Assembly: GCA_965208675.1 (NCBI GenBank)
Contig: OZ242351.1
Span: 2,688,001-2,752,000, forward strand
Length of the DNA: 64,000 nucleotides
From: Candidatus Poribacteria bacterium
Lineage (GTDB): Bacteria > Poribacteria > WGA-4E > PCPOR2b
Direction of reading: 5' to 3'
The notes below the pieces were generated by a model, which saw only the letters and a list, made by a program, of their open reading frames with translations, was not told where the DNA came from and searched no databases. Every line of letters begins with the position of its first letter. Position 1 is the stretch's first letter. The position numbers and the translations under genes are program-made. Positions 9,274 to 20,788 of the stretch are shown here, piece after piece.

Positions 9274-10464
9274 GTGGGAGGTTCGACTATAGTGAACCCT
9301 ATCTCGAAAATCTGTTTATTGTTTATCAGCACCGCGCTCATCGTGGGGCTTTGCGGCTGTGAGGAACTAGCTACGCATTTGTCCAGCATAGAGACGCCGG
9401 GTACGGTTCGAGACGAACTCCTTATCGGCGTGGTAATGCCGCTGTCCGGTGACTTCGTTGACGGTCCCGACGATCCCGCCCTAGTCAGGTATCTAAACGG
9501 CTTCTATTTTGCGCGTGACGAGATTAACAGCGCACAGGTCGCGGCGCCGCGTGTCCGCTTCATCGTGGAGGATAATCATAGCACGCCGGAGGGTGCAATC
9601 GCCGCATACAACAAGCTAATCCATGAGGACGGAGTGGTTGCCCTGTTGGGGCCCGCCACATCGACCTTAACCGAGATAGCCTTCCCGTTGGCAGAGACGA
9701 ACCGGATTGTGGCTATCGCGCCGACATCGGCATCGCAAGGGTTGAGCGCGCTCGGCGACTTTGTGTTTCGCGTGAACCTGACTGTGGACAAAGTGATACC
9801 GCGAGGCGTGCAGCTTACACAGGAAAAACTTGGATACCAAAAGGTTGCCATAATAGCTGACAGCCTAGACCTGTATTCCCGCAGCGCACACGCCGTGTAT
9901 TCGGAGACCCTCGCAGCGCTCGGCGTCGAGGTCTTGAGCACAGAAACCTTCACGACACGCGACGCGGATCTCCGCCCCCAATTGACCCGGATTCGGGATT
10001 TGAAGCCGGAAACCGTTCTTGTCGCAGCAAATACGTTTGACCAGCCGACGGTACTCGCTCAGGGGCGCGAAGTTGGGATTCCGGACGATGTGCCCTTTAT
10101 CGTTCCGCTGATGAGTGTAAGCGAGGTGCAACAGGCGGGCGCAGCCGCGGAAGGGGCAATTACGTTTTCGGTGTGGACGAGTACGGCAGACACACCCGGG
10201 AATCAGGTGTTTGTTCAGGACTACATAGCGGCGTACGGTGAATCGCCGTCGGTTTTCAGTGCATTGGCGTATACTTCGGTGAAACTTCTGGTGAATGCCG
10301 TCTCTGAGGCGGACTCAATCAATTCGCATGCGATACAAGAGGCATTGGCTGCCACGAGCGATTATGAGACTATTCTAGGCAGTTTCTCTTTCGACTCAGT
10401 CGGCGACGCCGTATACGACCCCATCATATTGATAGCACACGACGGAGCATTCCAAACGTTCTGA
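9274..10464 (+). CDS. ABC transporter substrate-binding lipoprotein (branched-chain amino acid/LivJ family)
   Basis: Lipobox LCGC, IGVVMPLSG, LLGPATS, GSFSFD..GD; no cognate permease adjacent. Confidence 0.85.
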   Translation: MGGSTIVNPISKICLLFISTALIVGLCGCEELATHLSSIETPGTVRDELLIGVVMPLSGDFVDGPDDPALVRYLNGFYFARDEINSAQVAAPRVRFIVEDNHSTPEGAIAAYNKLIHEDGVVALLGPATSTLTEIAFPLAETNRIVAIAPTSASQGLSALGDFVFRVNLTVDKVIPRGVQLTQEKLGYQKVAIIADSLDLYSRSAHAVYSETLAALGVEVLSTETFTTRDADLRPQLTRIRDLKPETVLVAANTFDQPTVLAQGREVGIPDDVPFIVPLMSVSEVQQAGAAAEGAITFSVWTSTADTPGNQVFVQDYIAAYGESPSVFSALAYTSVKLLVNAVSEADSINSHAIQEALAATSDYETILGSFSFDSVGDAVYDPIILIAHDGAFQTF

Positions 10465-10624
10465 CGCATAATTTCGGGTGAGATGGGTAAGCCCAATGAA
10501 AAACGCAGTGCGCGATTTCCTAACCCAGGAATTGGATGTCCCCTCAATGTCCCCTTTTTTTCTGCGGATCCGCTCTGGCAAGGGCTTCAGGTGATTCCGA
10601 CTTAAATTGAAATGTCCCCTTTTA

Positions 10625-10942
10625 CTACCGGTTTATTGAATTGCCGAATTTATCAAACGTGTTTACCACCCGCCCATCGTCATTGATATTGAGCGACGCA
10701 TTCGATTTTCCGTCCTTTTCATAGACATCAATACGCCCGCCGTGGTCAGTGACACCGAGCACAATCCCCACGTTCCCATCCGCATCAACGATGTCTAACC
10801 GAGAACACTGAATCGTGTCAAACTTTTTGGCCGCGACCGGCGACTGCATACCAATCGCAAACAGCATCACAATGATAGCTACCATCCCGCCGAAACCCAT
10901 ATACACCAACTTGACCTTCAAATCTTTGCTGCTAAACATCAT
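10625..10942 (-). CDS. Small exported hypothetical protein (paralog family A)
   Basis: Hydrophobic N-terminus, then SPVAAKKFDTIQCSRLDIVD, shared with ORFs at 27843, 40702 and 41315. Confidence 0.6.
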   Translation of the reverse strand: MMFSSKDLKVKLVYMGFGGMVAIIVMLFAIGMQSPVAAKKFDTIQCSRLDIVDADGNVGIVLGVTDHGGRIDVYEKDGKSNASLNINDDGRVVNTFDKFGNSINR

Positions 10943-11014
10943 TTTGCCCTCCCCTTTGGAAACCGTGACCAGTAAACAGTGGCTAGTGACATATTTTTTA
11001 CTGACCACTGGCAA

Positions 11015-12076
11015 CTAGCCACTGGACACTGATGTCAATCTGATCCGGTATTTCGATGCAACGGCTTGGATTGCCGTCCATGAGCTGTCATCGATAAAGA
11101 TGCCCTCTTGACGGTGTCTATTTTTCTCTCGAATCCCGCGCTCGCCGGGAATGAGAATCTCCTCAACACCGGGTGATTTCTTTGCAGATTTTACATATGC
11201 AATAAAGCGATTAACCTCCTCGTTGAAATCGGAGACATCCGCGAAGCTAGCGATATTGATTGCCAAAACGAATAAACCGTTGCCGACTCTCGCCTCACCA
11301 TCTCGGCTGCAACCTGCACCGGTCAATGCGCCCGATAGAATGTCTATGACAAAACTCAGTCCGAACCCTTTGTGCGCGGTAATTCCTCCGAAAGGGAGCA
11401 ATGCGCCGGGCAGCACCCCATAAAAATCATCAACGTCGTTTGTCGGATTGCCTTCAGCATTGATAAGCCAGCCATCCGGAACGGTTTCTTGCCGGTTCTT
11501 TTTCAGCCTTATCTTCCCGGAAGCGGCAACGCTAGTTGACATATCCAAAAGAACCGGTTCACGCCCTTCGACGGGAATTGCACAAGCAATCGGATTGGTC
11601 GAAAGCCTGCCCTCAATGCCTCCGAACGGGGCTACACATGGGCCGCCGCCGTGGTCGTTCACAGTCAAAACACAGATCATGTGCTGTTCTGCGGCTTTCA
11701 AAGCGTAACCTCCCAATCTGCCCACTTCATTGCAGCGGAGGGTAACGACAGAACTGATGTCCTGGTCTTTTGCTTTTTGCACAGCTAACTCCACCGCACG
11801 AGTTGCGATTACAGGGCCAAACCCCCAGTTGCCATTTAGAACGGCCGTCGATGGAGACTCTCGCCTGATCTCAATATCCGCCTTCGGCTGGATTAAGGAA
11901 GCCTCTATTTCTTGGATATATTTCGTCAGGTGAATGACACCGTGCGAATGGTGTCCAACCAGATTGGCATCAACCATTGAACGCGTTACCACTTCTGACT
12001 CAGCATCTGGGACACCGGCAGCACGAAAAACCTTCAGGCACATCTGCGTTAAGGTCTCTGGTGAGAAAATTGGCAT
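11015..12076 (-). CDS. Ldh_2 family (malate/L-lactate/sulfolactate-type) oxidoreductase
   Basis: GHHSHG, TNPIACAIP, LDMSTS, HKGFGL, IPGE. Confidence 0.9.
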   Translation of the reverse strand: MPIFSPETLTQMCLKVFRAAGVPDAESEVVTRSMVDANLVGHHSHGVIHLTKYIQEIEASLIQPKADIEIRRESPSTAVLNGNWGFGPVIATRAVELAVQKAKDQDISSVVTLRCNEVGRLGGYALKAAEQHMICVLTVNDHGGGPCVAPFGGIEGRLSTNPIACAIPVEGREPVLLDMSTSVAASGKIRLKKNRQETVPDGWLINAEGNPTNDVDDFYGVLPGALLPFGGITAHKGFGLSFVIDILSGALTGAGCSRDGEARVGNGLFVLAINIASFADVSDFNEEVNRFIAYVKSAKKSPGVEEILIPGERGIREKNRHRQEGIFIDDSSWTAIQAVASKYRIRLTSVSSG

Positions 12077-12123
12077 GGTGCACATTCTCTGTAGCTTGAG
12101 CGATTTCGATTGCTTGCACTATT

Positions 12124-12966
12124 TCACGAATCAAGTTGATTCGGTGTTTCGATCGGCAAATCCAGCCGATCCCCCCACTCTTTCCACGACCCGATGTAGT
12201 TGCTGACCCTTGGATAGCCCAATAACCTCAGCGCCAGATAGCCGTGGGAAGAACGGTAACCGCCCTGTCAGTAGCACATCACCCGCTTTTCAGGCGTAAT
12301 ACCTGCGGCACGGTACATGGCTTGCAACTCATCCGCCGGTCTGAACGCCCCATCCTTGTCCAGATTGTTTAGCCATTCGATGTGAACCGACCCAGGAATT
12401 GCACCGCCGCGCGCAGCTCTAGCGTTTTGTCCATAGTGTTCATCGCCCGTACGGGTATCAAGCACGGCGAAATCACTCTGATTCAACTGGTCGAGAATGC
12501 CGGCTGTTCCTATATGCAAGTCTGCTTGAGGATTAATCGGAAATGGAGGAACTTCATCCGGTAATGTAGCCCCAAAGCTCACACCTCCCAACGCGGTTAT
12601 CCAGGCATTGTAACCCCCATCTAATACCCGGACGTTATCATGTCCAAAATACTCACAGAACCAGAAGCCCCGCGCAGCGCGGACACCTGAGATATTCTCA
12701 TACCAGACTATAGTTTTTCTGGAATCAACACCGCGTGCACTAAAGAGATGGGCAATCGTCCACATAAACGCATTAAACGGGGTTTCGCTCGTATCATTGA
12801 GACTAATCCCGTACAAATCTAGATGGATTGCATTCGGAATACGTCCTATAACATATTCATGTGTCGGACGCGTATCCACAATGCAGATGTCTGTATCATC
12901 AACTCTGCTTTTCAACTCCTCGGCGGATATCAACAACTGCGGATTAATATACCCTTTGCCGTTCAT
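12124..12966 (-). CDS. Tandem-domain rhodanese/sulfurtransferase, probable selenoprotein (in-frame TGA at 12268-12270)
   Basis: Frame continues past TGA as [35 protein letters not shown] to a stop at 12124-12126, completing the second rhodanese domain. Confidence 0.8.
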
Positions 12967-14252
12967 CCAATCCTCCCAACTCCACCCATGTAAGGTTTAA
13001 GAACTTCTGGAATGCGGATGCTTCCATCCGCTTGTTGATAATTCTCAAGTATCGCGATAACCACTCGCGGCAACGCAAGCCCGGAAGCGTTAAGCGTATG
13101 CACAAATTCCGGTTTTGCGCCGGGTTCACGGCGAAAACGGATATTTGCACGGCGCGCCTGAAAATCCTCAAAGTTGCTGCACGAAGAAATCTCTAGAAAT
13201 TTCTGCTCTGCGGCGGTCCAGACCTCTACATCATAGCATTTTGCGGCAGCGAACCCAAGATCTGCCGTACAGAGGGTGACAACGCGGTAAGGCAGACCGA
13301 GGGCTTGTACAACATCTTCAGCGTTGGTTAGTAAGCGTTCGTGTTCGTCGTAGGAGGTCTCAGGGAGCGTAAATTTTACCATTTCGACTTTATCAAACTG
13401 GTGGACGCGGACTAAGCCTCGCGTGTCGCGGCCGTAAGAACCGGCCTCGCGCCGAAAACAGGGCGTATATGCGGTGTAGTTGATTGGGAGATTTCTACCA
13501 TCCAAGTATTCACCAGCGAAAATGTTTGTGACGGGAACTTCAGCCGTTGGAATGAGAAAGAGATCGCCGCTCTCATTTTCTTCATCGCGGTCGCATCGAT
13601 ACATATCTTCTTCGAATTTAGGCAACTGCCCCGTGCCGGTCATTGTAGGACGGTTAGCGACAAAAGGCGGAGAGACTTCGGTATATCCGTGTTGGGACAC
13701 ATGCAGGTCGAGCATGAAGTTAATCAGCGCACGCTCTAGCTTCGCCCCTATCCCTTTAAACAGCACGAAGTTACTGCCCGCAACCTTTGCGCCGCGCTTA
13801 AAATCGATGATATCCAACGCTTCTGCAAGTTCCCAATGCGGCTTGGGTTCAAAATCGAAAGTCGGCAGGCCGCCCCATCGTTTGACCTCAATATTATCCG
13901 CTTCGCTGTTGCCGGCCGGCGTACTTGAATGGGGCATGTTTGGGAGGTTAATCAAAATTTCATCCACTTCACTCTTTTTTACTTGCGCATTCTCATTCAG
14001 CTCTCTGATTTTCTGAGAAACCTGCCTCATCTCAACAATCTGTTCAGACGCATCACCCTTAGTTTTCTTGAGTTCGGCAATTTTCTTGGATACCGAATTT
14101 TGATAGCTTCTGAGCGACTCAGCTTCGCCCATCAACTCGCGCCATCTGCGGTCGGAATTGATGAGTTGATCCAACGGTGCGTCCATTCTGCGCTGCTCTA
14201 GCATCGTTCGCACTGTGTCGGGATTATCTCGAATAAACTTGAGATCTAACAC
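12963..14252 (-). CDS. serS: Seryl-tRNA synthetase
   Basis: [49 protein letters not shown]. Confidence 0.98.
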   Translation of the reverse strand: MLDLKFIRDNPDTVRTMLEQRRMDAPLDQLINSDRRWRELMGEAESLRSYQNSVSKKIAELKKTKGDASEQIVEMRQVSQKIRELNENAQVKKSEVDEILINLPNMPHSSTPAGNSEADNIEVKRWGGLPTFDFEPKPHWELAEALDIIDFKRGAKVAGSNFVLFKGIGAKLERALINFMLDLHVSQHGYTEVSPPFVANRPTMTGTGQLPKFEEDMYRCDRDEENESGDLFLIPTAEVPVTNIFAGEYLDGRNLPINYTAYTPCFRREAGSYGRDTRGLVRVHQFDKVEMVKFTLPETSYDEHERLLTNAEDVVQALGLPYRVVTLCTADLGFAAAKCYDVEVWTAAEQKFLEISSCSNFEDFQARRANIRFRREPGAKPEFVHTLNASGLALPRVVIAILENYQQADGSIRIPEVLKPYMGGVGRIG

Positions 14253-14346
14253 GAAAACTCTCCCCCTTCTCCCGATCTATAGATATGAAAAAACCACAGG
14301 TTGCTTGAAGACAGCCTGTGGTTAGGATACGAAGTAATATTTAAGC

Positions 14347-14425
14347 TGGCGGGCTCGACGGGATTTGAACCCGCGATCTTCTGCGTGACAGGCAGATGTG
14401 TTCGACCAAGCTACACCACGAGCCC
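14347..14425 (-). tRNA. tRNA-Asp(GTC)
   Basis: GGGCTCG/CGAGCCC acceptor stem, tctgc-ctGTCac-gcaga anticodon arm, GTTCAAATC T-loop, encoded CCA. Confidence 0.95.
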
Positions 14426-14443
14426 GATAAGTCAACCACTGGT

Positions 14444-14520
14444 TGGTAGGCGGGACAGGGTTCGAACCTGTGACCTACGGCTTGTAAGGCCGTCACTCTA
14501 GCCAACTGAGCTACCCGCCC
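14444..14520 (-). tRNA. tRNA-Val(TAC)
   Basis: GGGCGGG acceptor stem, acggc-ctTACaa-gccgt anticodon arm, GTTCGAACC T-loop, encoded CCA. Confidence 0.95.
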
Positions 14521-14551
14521 AAACTTCATTTCCGCTTTTTGACGAGACTAA

Positions 14552-14580
14552 AGTATAAATCATAAATGCAACATTGTCAA
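14552..14580 (-). promoter_or_regulatory. Sigma70 promoter of the tRNA-Val/tRNA-Asp (serS) unit
   Basis: TTGACA-17nt-TATACT on the minus strand. Confidence 0.75.
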
Positions 14581-14647
14581 GTGAAAGCTGCGATTTTCAT
14601 CTGCCGCATACGGTGCAGTATTTTTCCTTCATATGTTTGGATATGCG

Positions 14648-17600
14648 TTAACCGAAAAGCACTTTGTGCAAAAATCGCCCGGTGTGTGAAGGAGGCACCG
14701 CCGCCACGTCCTCCGGCGTCCCCATAGCGACAACCTCCCCGCCTTCATCGCCGCCATCGGGGCCAAGATCAATAACCCAATCCGCGCACTTAATCACGTC
14801 CAGATTGTGCTCAATCACGATTATTGTGTTGCCTTTGTCCACAAGCCGATTCAGCACAACCAACAATTTTTGCACGTCATCGAAGTGCAAACCGGTAGTG
14901 GGTTCGTCCATGATATAGATGGTTCTGCCGGTGCTCCGTTTGGCGAGTTCGCGCGCCAACTTGACACGCTGCGATTCGCCGCCCGACAGCGTCGTTGCAG
15001 ACTGTCCGAGTTCAATGTAATCTAACCCAACGTCATACAGCATCTGCAATCCCTTGCGGATGCTGGGCACGTTGTAGAAATGATCCAATGCCTCTTTCAC
15101 CGTCATCGCCAAAATTTCGGCAACGTTTTTGCCTTTGTAGCGGACTTGAAGCGTCTCGCTATTATACCCGGTTCCGCCGCACGTTTCGCATTTTACCCAG
15201 ACATCCGCGAGAAAGTGCATCTCGATTTTGTTATAACCGTGCCCGTGACACGTTTCGCACTGTCCGCTTTTCTGGTTAAAACTGAATCGGCGTGTACCGA
15301 AGCCGCGTATTTTGGCATCGGGCAGATCGGCAAACAGATATCGAATTTTAGTAAAAAGGTCGGTATAAGTGGCAGGATTGGAACGCGGGGTCTCTCCAAT
15401 TGGCTGCTGATCAATGTGGATTACCTTGTCTAGAAAATCCATGCCGCGAATCTGCTTAAACTTTCCAGCTTTTGCAATCTGTGTCCGATTCAAACTACCG
15501 GCGAGCGCTGGGTAGAGCGTCTCTTCGACAAGAGAACTCTTTCCTGAACCTGAAACCCCTGTCACACATGTGAGCGTCCCGAGCGGAATTTTGACATCAA
15601 TGCCGTTTAGGTTATTAATTCGGACATTGAAAAGCTCAAGCCGCTCTCCTTTGCCCGCACGCCTTTCCGTCGGGATTTCGATTTTTTGCGCGCCGACTAG
15701 ATAACGGCCTGTAATCGATTTTTCGTTGCCCTGAATTTCAGTTGGCGAACCGACAGCCACGATTTCGCCGCCCAATTTTCCAGCGTTCGGACCAAAGTCG
15801 AGAATATGATCCGATGTCAACATTGTCTCCGAGTCGTGTTCGATGACGAGTACGCTGTTGCCCAAGTCCCGAAGGCGTTTTAACGCGTTCAATAGCCGCT
15901 CGTTATCCTTCTGATGCAACCCGATCGTGGGTTCATCAAGAATATACATCACCCCCGTCAATCCGCTGCCGAGCTGGCTTGCCAAGCGAATACGCTGCAT
16001 CTCCCCTCCTGAAAGCGACGGCGCAGGACGGCTTAAGGTCAAATAGTGCAGTCCGATGTCCGCGAGGAATTGAAGCCGATTCTGGATTTCTCTGAGAAGA
16101 TCACGGGCGATTTTCTCCTGATGCGGCGGCAAATTCAAGCTTAAGAAAAATTCAATTGAATCTCGAATTAACATCGCGGTGACTTCCGCGATAGTTTTGC
16201 CATTCACGGTCACAAAACGCGCCAGCGGTTCAATGCGTGTTCCTTCACACTCTTTACAAACGGCGCCTGCGCGCCATATTATACTGCCAATGCCTTCACA
16301 TCGTTTACACTGTCCTAGAGGACTGTTAAATGAAAAGTGGCGCGGCGTGAGTTCAGGAAAACTCAACCCGCAGGGGACACAAGCAAAATGCTCGCTGAAA
16401 ATATGATGCCCAACACGCCGCCGCTTTGCGCGTTGGCTGCCCTTCTTGTCTCTCTCGTCCATTTCCCTGATTGCTACGACGCCGCCGCTCTCACGTGTGG
16501 CAGTCTCGACAGCTTCGGCAAGCCGACTGCGCGCATCGGGTTCAATGGCTAGGCGATCAACGACAATTTTGACATCGTGCTTAATGCTCTTGCCAATCTG
16601 AGGCGCCTGATCGATGTTGTAAATCTCGCCATCAATCTCAACGCGAACATATCCATCGCGCTGCGCGCGCCGAAAGGCATCCGGATAATCCTCGTTACTC
16701 CGCAAACTCAACGGAAACAAAACATACAATCGCGTTCCGGCGGGCAACGTCATAATTTTTTCCACAATTTGTTGCACCGATTGGGCGCCGACTTCCCGCC
16801 GACACTGGGGACAATGCGGTATCCCGATTCGGGCGTAGAGCACGCGCAGGTAGTCGTAAATCTCCGTGACCGTTCCGACCGTTGACCGCGGATTGTTGCT
16901 AGGCGCCTTCTGCTCAATTGCAATCGCGGGTGAAAGCCCTTCAATTTTCTCAAACTTCGGCTTATCCAACTGTCCCAAAAACTGCCGTGCATAGGTTGAA
17001 AGGGATTCAACGTATCGGCGTTGCCCCTCCGCGTAGATGGTATCTAGCGCCAAGGACGACTTTCCGGAACCGCTCACGCCGGTGAATGTAGTGAGCTTCC
17101 TGTGCGGGATTTCCGCATCTACATTTTTAAGGTTATGCTCCCGCGCGCCGCGCACGGAAATGTACCGAAGATTTTCGGGTTTTACAGCGCTTTCGGTCAA
17201 GTAGATTTCATCTGACTCATGGATTTCGCTGGAAGATTCCGCCGGCAAACGCGACGGATTGGAGTACGTGGCTTCTGAATGATTGCTATCGTACATCCTT
17301 CCATTGTTTCTCTCATCCAAGACGGGTTTCAACGCTCGACCTGTATACGACATCTCCACCTCCCCCACCTCTTCGGGCGTCCCGGCTGCCACGACATATC
17401 CGCCTTCCTCGCCGCCTTCAGGTCCGAGATCGATGAGATAATCCGCCGTTTTAACCACTTCAAGATTATGTTCAATCACGACAATGGTGTTGCCGGCATC
17501 TACCAACTGATGTAAGACTTCTAACAATTTCTTCACATCATCGAAGTGCAACCCTGTTGTCGGCTCATCGAGAATATAGAGCGTTTTGCCCGTACTCCGT

Positions 17601-20281
17601 TTAGCTAGTTCGCGCGCCAACTTAATCCGCTGCGCCTCTCCACCCGAAAGCGTCGGCGCGGGCTGCCCGAGCTTGATGTAATCTAAACCAACATCGTGTA
17701 GAGTCTGCAGTATTTTCGAAATTGTCGGAACATTGGAGAAGTGCTCCAAAGCCTCCTGGACATCCATCTGCAAGACCTCGGCGATGTTCTTCCCCCGGTA
17801 TTCGACCTGCAGCGTTTCATCATTATAGCGTTTCCCTTGGCAAACGTTGCACTTGACCCAAACATCGGCAAGAAAGTGCATCTCAATCCGCCGCGATCCA
17901 TTGCCTTGACAGGTTTCACACCGTCCGCCTTTAACATTAAAGCTAAATCGCCCCTGCTTATAACCGCGTATATTCGACTCGGTCATTTGGGCGTAAAGCG
18001 CTCGAATGTGATCGAAAACTTTCGTGTAGGTAGCCGGATTCGATCTCGGTGTCCGTCCGATTGGCGCCTGATCGATGTCGATGATTTTGTCAATTACGGA
18101 TTGTACGTTGCGTAATTCATGCCGGGTAGTGCAATTGGTCTCATTTCGACTTACACTCTCTTCTTTCCGCTCACTCCCTCGGTCTATTTCCTCATCGTTT
18201 TCCATCGCCCCGTTTTTTTGATGCGGCTCCTTAACGATGAGCGCTCGAATTTCTTCGTACTCCCCCGGCTGTTCATGCGCTTTCATCAAATCGCGGGCAA
18301 GTGCTTTGTATAGAATATCGGTGATGAGTGAACTCTTGCCGGAACCGCTGACGCCGGTCACACATGTAAAGGCACCTATTGGGATACGGACACTGATGTG
18401 TTTTAGGTTGTGGTGGTGCGCACCGTAAATCTCAAGCCAGTTGCCGTTAACATCGCGGCGACTTGCGGGAATCTCAATTTGCTGTTCCCCCCGCATATAT
18501 TTCGCGGTGATCGAGTTTGCATGTTCAGCGACTTCGCGGGGCGGTCCAATCCCTGCAATCTTCCCGCCTTGAATCCCCGGGCCCGGCCCGAAGTCTACTA
18601 TCATGTCCGCGGCCCACATTGTATCGGCGTCATGTTCGACAACAATCACGGTGTTACCCATATCACGTAAATGCTTCAGTGTCGAAAGTAGGTGGGCGTT
18701 ATCGCGTGGATGCAATCCGATGCTTGGTTCATCAAGTACATACAGCACGCCGCGCAGTCCGGCTCCAATTTGGCTCGCTAACCGGATCCGCTGCGATTCT
18801 CCCCCTGAGAGCGTCGGCGCCGTGCGATTCAAAGTAAGGTAATGCAGCCCGACGTTCATGAGAAACCAGAGACGCCCTTTTATTTCTTTCAGCAGGTCCG
18901 TTGCGATGAAGGCTTCGCGTTCTGACAGTTGTAGTTTGTCGAAGAATTCACGGCAGTCGCCGACCGTCATCTCAATCACATCAAATATCGATTTTTCAGC
19001 AATTGTCACAGATTTGACTTCTAGCTTGAGTCGTTTACCCTCGCAATCCGGACATACGCTAGTAACCATAAATTTTGAAAGATACCGTTTGTGCATCTCC
19101 GAATTTGTTTGAAAATACTTTCGCTCCTCAAGGGGGATGACTCCCTCGAACGGCATCTCGTACCGATGACGCCGCCGCCGGCGTGTGCGGTAAACGAAGG
19201 GGATTTTTTCTCCATCCGTGCCATAGAGGATAATTTGCTGCTGCGCGTCGGTCAACTCATTCCACGGGGTATCCAAGCTAAAACCGAAGTGCGACGCCAA
19301 ACCTAAGGCGATGTGTTGAGTGTTTAAAGCCTCAAGTTCGCCCCAAAAGACCACCGCCCCCTCTTCGATTGACTTAGTTACGTCCGGTACGACCAAATCG
19401 GGAGAGATTTCAGTTTTCGTGCCCAGCCCTTTGCACGTCGGACACATCCCTGCCGGACTGTTGAAGGAAAACTGGCGCGGCGCAGGCGGTTCATAACTGA
19501 TATTGCAGTGGACGCATGTATAGTCCTTACTATAGAGGAGGTCGCCGGCGTTAGGCTGCCCTTCAACGATGTTGACAATTAATCGTCCTTCACCCATTCG
19601 CAAGGCGGTTTCAACAGTTTCTGCAACACGGCTGCGGATATCGGGTTTGATTACGATGCGGTCAACTACAATCTCAATATCGTGGCGTTGGTTGCGATCC
19701 AACTGAATCTCGTCCATCAAGTCATAAACCTCGCCATCGATTCGGGCGCGGACAAATCCCGCCTTGAGTGCGTCGGCGAGGTCTTCACGGTATTCCCCTT
19801 TTCGTCCGCTGACGATTGGCGCAAGCACCAATATGCGCGTTTGCTCCGGCAAATTCACAATTCCATCTATTATTGCTTCTGTAGTCTGGGCCCCCACAGC
19901 GCTTCCGCATTTTAAACAGTGCTTTACACCCACACGCGCAAACAGCACGCGGAAGTAGTCGTAAATTTCAGTGATGGTGGCGACGGTTGAACGTGGGTTG
20001 TTGCCGGCAGACTTTTGGTCAATCGAGATGGACGGGGATAATCCGCCGATGAAATCGACATCGGGTTTTTCCAGTTGACCGAGAAATTGGCGGGCATAAG
20101 CGGAAAGCGATTCGATATAGCGGCGTTGCCCTTCAGCGTAGAGCGTGTCGAACGCCAACGATGACTTGCCAGAACCGCTTACGCCGGTGAAGGTGATGAG
20201 TTTGTCCTTCGGCAGCTTGAGGTTGATGTTCTTTAAGTTATGTTCGCGAGCACCGCGGATATCAATGAACTCGTCCGCCAT
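14648..20281 (-). CDS. uvrA: Excinuclease ABC subunit A, internally duplicated (two UvrA units)
   Basis: Four [10 protein letters not shown] Walker A motifs, four LSGGE signatures, two RGAREHNLK starts; 1877 aa. Confidence 0.95.
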   Translation of the reverse strand: MADEFIDIRGAREHNLKNINLKLPKDKLITFTGVSGSGKSSLAFDTLYAEGQRRYIESLSAYARQFLGQLEKPDVDFIGGLSPSISIDQKSAGNNPRSTVATITEIYDYFRVLFARVGVKHCLKCGSAVGAQTTEAIIDGIVNLPEQTRILVLAPIVSGRKGEYREDLADALKAGFVRARIDGEVYDLMDEIQLDRNQRHDIEIVVDRIVIKPDIRSRVAETVETALRMGEGRLIVNIVEGQPNAGDLLYSKDYTCVHCNISYEPPAPRQFSFNSPAGMCPTCKGLGTKTEISPDLVVPDVTKSIEEGAVVFWGELEALNTQHIALGLASHFGFSLDTPWNELTDAQQQIILYGTDGEKIPFVYRTRRRRRHRYEMPFEGVIPLEERKYFQTNSEMHKRYLSKFMVTSVCPDCEGKRLKLEVKSVTIAEKSIFDVIEMTVGDCREFFDKLQLSEREAFIATDLLKEIKGRLWFLMNVGLHYLTLNRTAPTLSGGESQRIRLASQIGAGLRGVLYVLDEPSIGLHPRDNAHLLSTLKHLRDMGNTVIVVEHDADTMWAADMIVDFGPGPGIQGGKIAGIGPPREVAEHANSITAKYMRGEQQIEIPASRRDVNGNWLEIYGAHHHNLKHISVRIPIGAFTCVTGVSGSGKSSLITDILYKALARDLMKAHEQPGEYEEIRALIVKEPHQKNGAMENDEEIDRGSERKEESVSRNETNCTTRHELRNVQSVIDKIIDIDQAPIGRTPRSNPATYTKVFDHIRALYAQMTESNIRGYKQGRFSFNVKGGRCETCQGNGSRRIEMHFLADVWVKCNVCQGKRYNDETLQVEYRGKNIAEVLQMDVQEALEHFSNVPTISKILQTLHDVGLDYIKLGQPAPTLSGGEAQRIKLARELAKRSTGKTLYILDEPTTGLHFDDVKKLLEVLHQLVDAGNTIVVIEHNLEVVKTADYLIDLGPEGGEEGGYVVAAGTPEEVGEVEMSYTGRALKPVLDERNNGRMYDSNHSEATYSNPSRLPAESSSEIHESDEIYLTESAVKPENLRYISVRGAREHNLKNVDAEIPHRKLTTFTGVSGSGKSSLALDTIYAEGQRRYVESLSTYARQFLGQLDKPKFEKIEGLSPAIAIEQKAPSNNPRSTVGTVTEIYDYLRVLYARIGIPHCPQCRREVGAQSVQQIVEKIMTLPAGTRLYVLFPLSLRSNEDYPDAFRRAQRDGYVRVEIDGEIYNIDQAPQIGKSIKHDVKIVVDRLAIEPDARSRLAEAVETATRESGGVVAIREMDERDKKGSQRAKRRRVGHHIFSEHFACVPCGLSFPELTPRHFSFNSPLGQCKRCEGIGSIIWRAGAVCKECEGTRIEPLARFVTVNGKTIAEVTAMLIRDSIEFFLSLNLPPHQEKIARDLLREIQNRLQFLADIGLHYLTLSRPAPSLSGGEMQRIRLASQLGSGLTGVMYILDEPTIGLHQKDNERLLNALKRLRDLGNSVLVIEHDSETMLTSDHILDFGPNAGKLGGEIVAVGSPTEIQGNEKSITGRYLVGAQKIEIPTERRAGKGERLELFNVRINNLNGIDVKIPLGTLTCVTGVSGSGKSSLVEETLYPALAGSLNRTQIAKAGKFKQIRGMDFLDKVIHIDQQPIGETPRSNPATYTDLFTKIRYLFADLPDAKIRGFGTRRFSFNQKSGQCETCHGHGYNKIEMHFLADVWVKCETCGGTGYNSETLQVRYKGKNVAEILAMTVKEALDHFYNVPSIRKGLQMLYDVGLDYIELGQSATTLSGGESQRVKLARELAKRSTGRTIYIMDEPTTGLHFDDVQKLLVVLNRLVDKGNTIIVIEHNLDVIKCADWVIDLGPDGGDEGGEVVAMGTPEDVAAVPPSHTGRFLHKVLFG

Positions 20282-20682
20282 GAGTCTCCTTATGTGGCGC
20301 CATGACAGGCTAACGTAATCCTAAGTAACGCAAGGACGGCGGGCGAGATTTGCTATTTCGCCTCACCTGTCGATTCTGCTTCGTTGTGTCTTTAGTCCTT
20401 AATTTGCTGATTTTCCGTGGAGTTCAGGAGGGAAACACTATCCTTCACCAAAGTTTCCTATTTTACAACCAACAAATAATCGGCAAATCCGACTCACAAA
20501 ATCTAGAATATCCAAGTCCGATTTTACCACAGATTGTGGGTGCAAGCAATGCCTATTTCGCGTAAAGCAAAGCCATCTTTGATTGCCTTACACCCGTCCT
20601 CAATCGGGTCCTATTACAGCAAATATAGCGCGCAAACGTTGTGCAGTCAATGGTAGGTGTTGGAAGACGTTGATGATTTCTG

Positions 20683-20711
20683 TTGACGGAGCGAAGAAAA
20701 CTCAGTAGAAT
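20683..20711 (+). promoter_or_regulatory. Sigma70 promoter
   Basis: TTGACG-17nt-TAGAAT upstream of the transporter gene. Confidence 0.65.
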
Positions 20712-20788
20712 GGTTTTTGTATCAATCATGAGCGACAGAAGGTATCGACTGGCGTAGACGGTGCAGCGAGTCAGAAGGAGTTGTCGGG

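Noticed and set aside
8815-9389. ORFs 8815-9081 (+) and 9030-9389 (-)
   Set aside because: No recognisable motifs or ribosome-binding sites; probably divergent intergenic sequence
14301-14529. Short ORFs 14301-14501 (+) and 14341-14529 (-)
   Set aside because: They overlap the two tRNA genes and are spurious
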